Below are positions 63,170-64,000 of a DNA stretch of 64,000 nt, piece by piece (position 1 is the stretch's first letter; each line of letters begins with the position of its first letter). A program made the translations under genes and the position numbers. Origin of the DNA: Lachnospiraceae bacterium (lineage in GTDB: Bacteria; Bacillota; Clostridia; Lachnospirales; Lachnospiraceae); the NCBI GenBank assembly GCA_022793065.1, contig JAAWCE010000076.1, positions 595 to 64,594 of the forward strand, in the 5' to 3' direction. The notes under the pieces were generated by a model that saw only the letters and a program-made list of their open reading frames with translations, had not been told where the DNA came from and did no database searches.

Positions 63170-64000
63170 ATGTATTTTAAGAGGATGTACCGTAAGGTGT
63201 ATGATAAAAAAATAAGAAAATTATTCTGTGAAGGATATTTGACAGTATGGATTGCGCTGTGCCTTACGGTAATCCTATCCTTATGTCTGACTTTGATTGA
63301 CGGAGCGCGAAGAAATGCTGCCAGAATGGAAATAGAGTGTATCGCAAATATTGGTTTGCAAAGTATTTTGGCAGAATATCATCGAGAATTAATGAAACAG
63401 TACAATTTGTTTGCAATTGATGCTTCTTATGGCACATCCATATGTAACAGATTTAATACAGAAGCAAGATTGCGATATTATTTGGAACAAAATTTGTCTT
63501 ATGATGATATATTTCTATCAGAGTATCTTTATGGGAATTTTTTGTCCTTAGCCTTAAAGCAAGTAGAACTGAAAAAAATTTCGATTTTGACAGATAATCA
63601 GGGGGAATTATTTCGGAAACGCGCAGCAGAGGCCATGGGGGCGGATATTGGTTTGGATTTATTATGGGAAATCCAGAAATGGGTACAGGTCATTGAAGTC
63701 AATGGACTGGAAGATGGAACTGAGGAAGATGAGAAAAGGCAACTGGATAAAGAAATTGAATCTTTTGACGGCATGGAAATTGAAATAGAAGAAGACCAAT
63801 GGGAGACATTGGTTATTGATAACCCAACAGATAAATTGGAAGAGAAAAAGCGGGAAGGAATTCTGAAATTGGTTCTTTCGGAGGAAGAGGAAGTATCCCA
63901 GAAAATTCTGAATATGGAAAATTTGCTTGAATTTCGCATGGAGCAAGGGCATTTAAATCATGGAAACATCAAGCAAGAAGCGTTAAGTGAAGTCAGTAAA
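63170..64000 (+). CDS. TadE/pseudopilin-like membrane-anchored protein (DUF5702-like, recalled), truncated by the window end
   Basis: I translated this ORF by hand. The ATG at 63170 follows GGGAGG and the frame stays open for 277 codons to 64000. It begins MYFKRMYRKVYDKKIRKLFCEGYLTVWIALCLTVILSLCLTLIDGARRNAARMEIE. It is absent from the ORF track because no stop lies in the window. Confidence 0.6.
   Translation, partial: MYFKRMYRKVYDKKIRKLFCEGYLTVWIALCLTVILSLCLTLIDGARRNAARMEIECIANIGLQSILAEYHRELMKQYNLFAIDASYGTSICNRFNTEARLRYYLEQNLSYDDIFLSEYLYGNFLSLALKQVELKKISILTDNQGELFRKRAAEAMGADIGLDLLWEIQKWVQVIEVNGLEDGTEEDEKRQLDKEIESFDGMEIEIEEDQWETLVIDNPTDKLEEKKREGILKLVLSEEEEVSQKILNMENLLEFRMEQGHLNHGNIKQEALSEVSK

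Noticed and set aside
1-64000. Mobile elements, CRISPR arrays, toxin-antitoxin pairs, restriction-modification or known defence systems
   Set aside because: I scanned the ORF translations for transposase, integrase or recombinase, Cas, methyltransferase-endonuclease pairs, helicase-nuclease fusions, TIR/SIR2/STAND-type signatures and short direct-repeat arrays, and found none. The only tandem repeats are the in-frame coding repeats at 47169..47462.

Overview
The window looks like a chromosomal segment from a Gram-positive, spore-forming, flagellated anaerobe. Gene content suggests Clostridia, possibly Lachnospiraceae, but that is inference, not a search result. I call about 52 CDS and one tRNA-Lys(CUU), plus several promoters and intrinsic terminators read by eye.

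Gene content by region:
- 0-8 kb: housekeeping genes (heavy-metal-exporter-like permease, LspA-like peptidase, carbamate kinase, GH42 beta-galactosidase, AroA).
- 8.4-20.5 kb: a cell-envelope glycopolymer block. It holds a GT-C membrane glycosyltransferase, phosphoglucomutase, three GT2 enzymes, a priming polyprenyl-phosphate sugar transferase, an LCP ligase and GlmS.
- 20.7-27 kb: HtrA, a phosphodiester glycosidase, a ZIP transporter and MecA.
- 27.3-31.2 kb: a three-gene glycolipid-type module (GT2-GtrA fusion, MGDG-synthase-like GT28, flippase-like membrane protein).
- 31.5-45 kb: mixed housekeeping (MATE, ProS, TrmB, thioredoxin, ManA/ManC, a PBP5-type carboxypeptidase).
- 45.8-49.7 kb: a 1304-aa protein with a TPR-like N-terminus, a highly acidic repeat core and a degenerate SpoVK-like AAA+ C-terminus.
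- 49.8-51.8 kb: GlgB.
- 52-64 kb: a surface-appendage block. It holds a 988-aa uncharacterised protein directly upstream of flagellin, then FliS, YaaL/BofA and a complete Flp/Tad-type pilus locus that runs off the right edge.

I see no rRNA, CRISPR array, transposase, integrase, phage module, restriction/modification genes or recognisable defence-system hallmark.

The most unusual items are:
- the two giant uncharacterised proteins;
- purine-rich in-frame insertions in otherwise conserved enzymes;
- pseudo-ATPases with destroyed P-loops;
- an orphan reverse-strand terminator with a strong RBS and an 8-codon ORF;
- a long, repeat-containing leader in front of the Tad operon.

All family names come from my reading of motifs in the translated ORFs. 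No database search was run, and the DUF and Pfam numbers are recalled and unverified.
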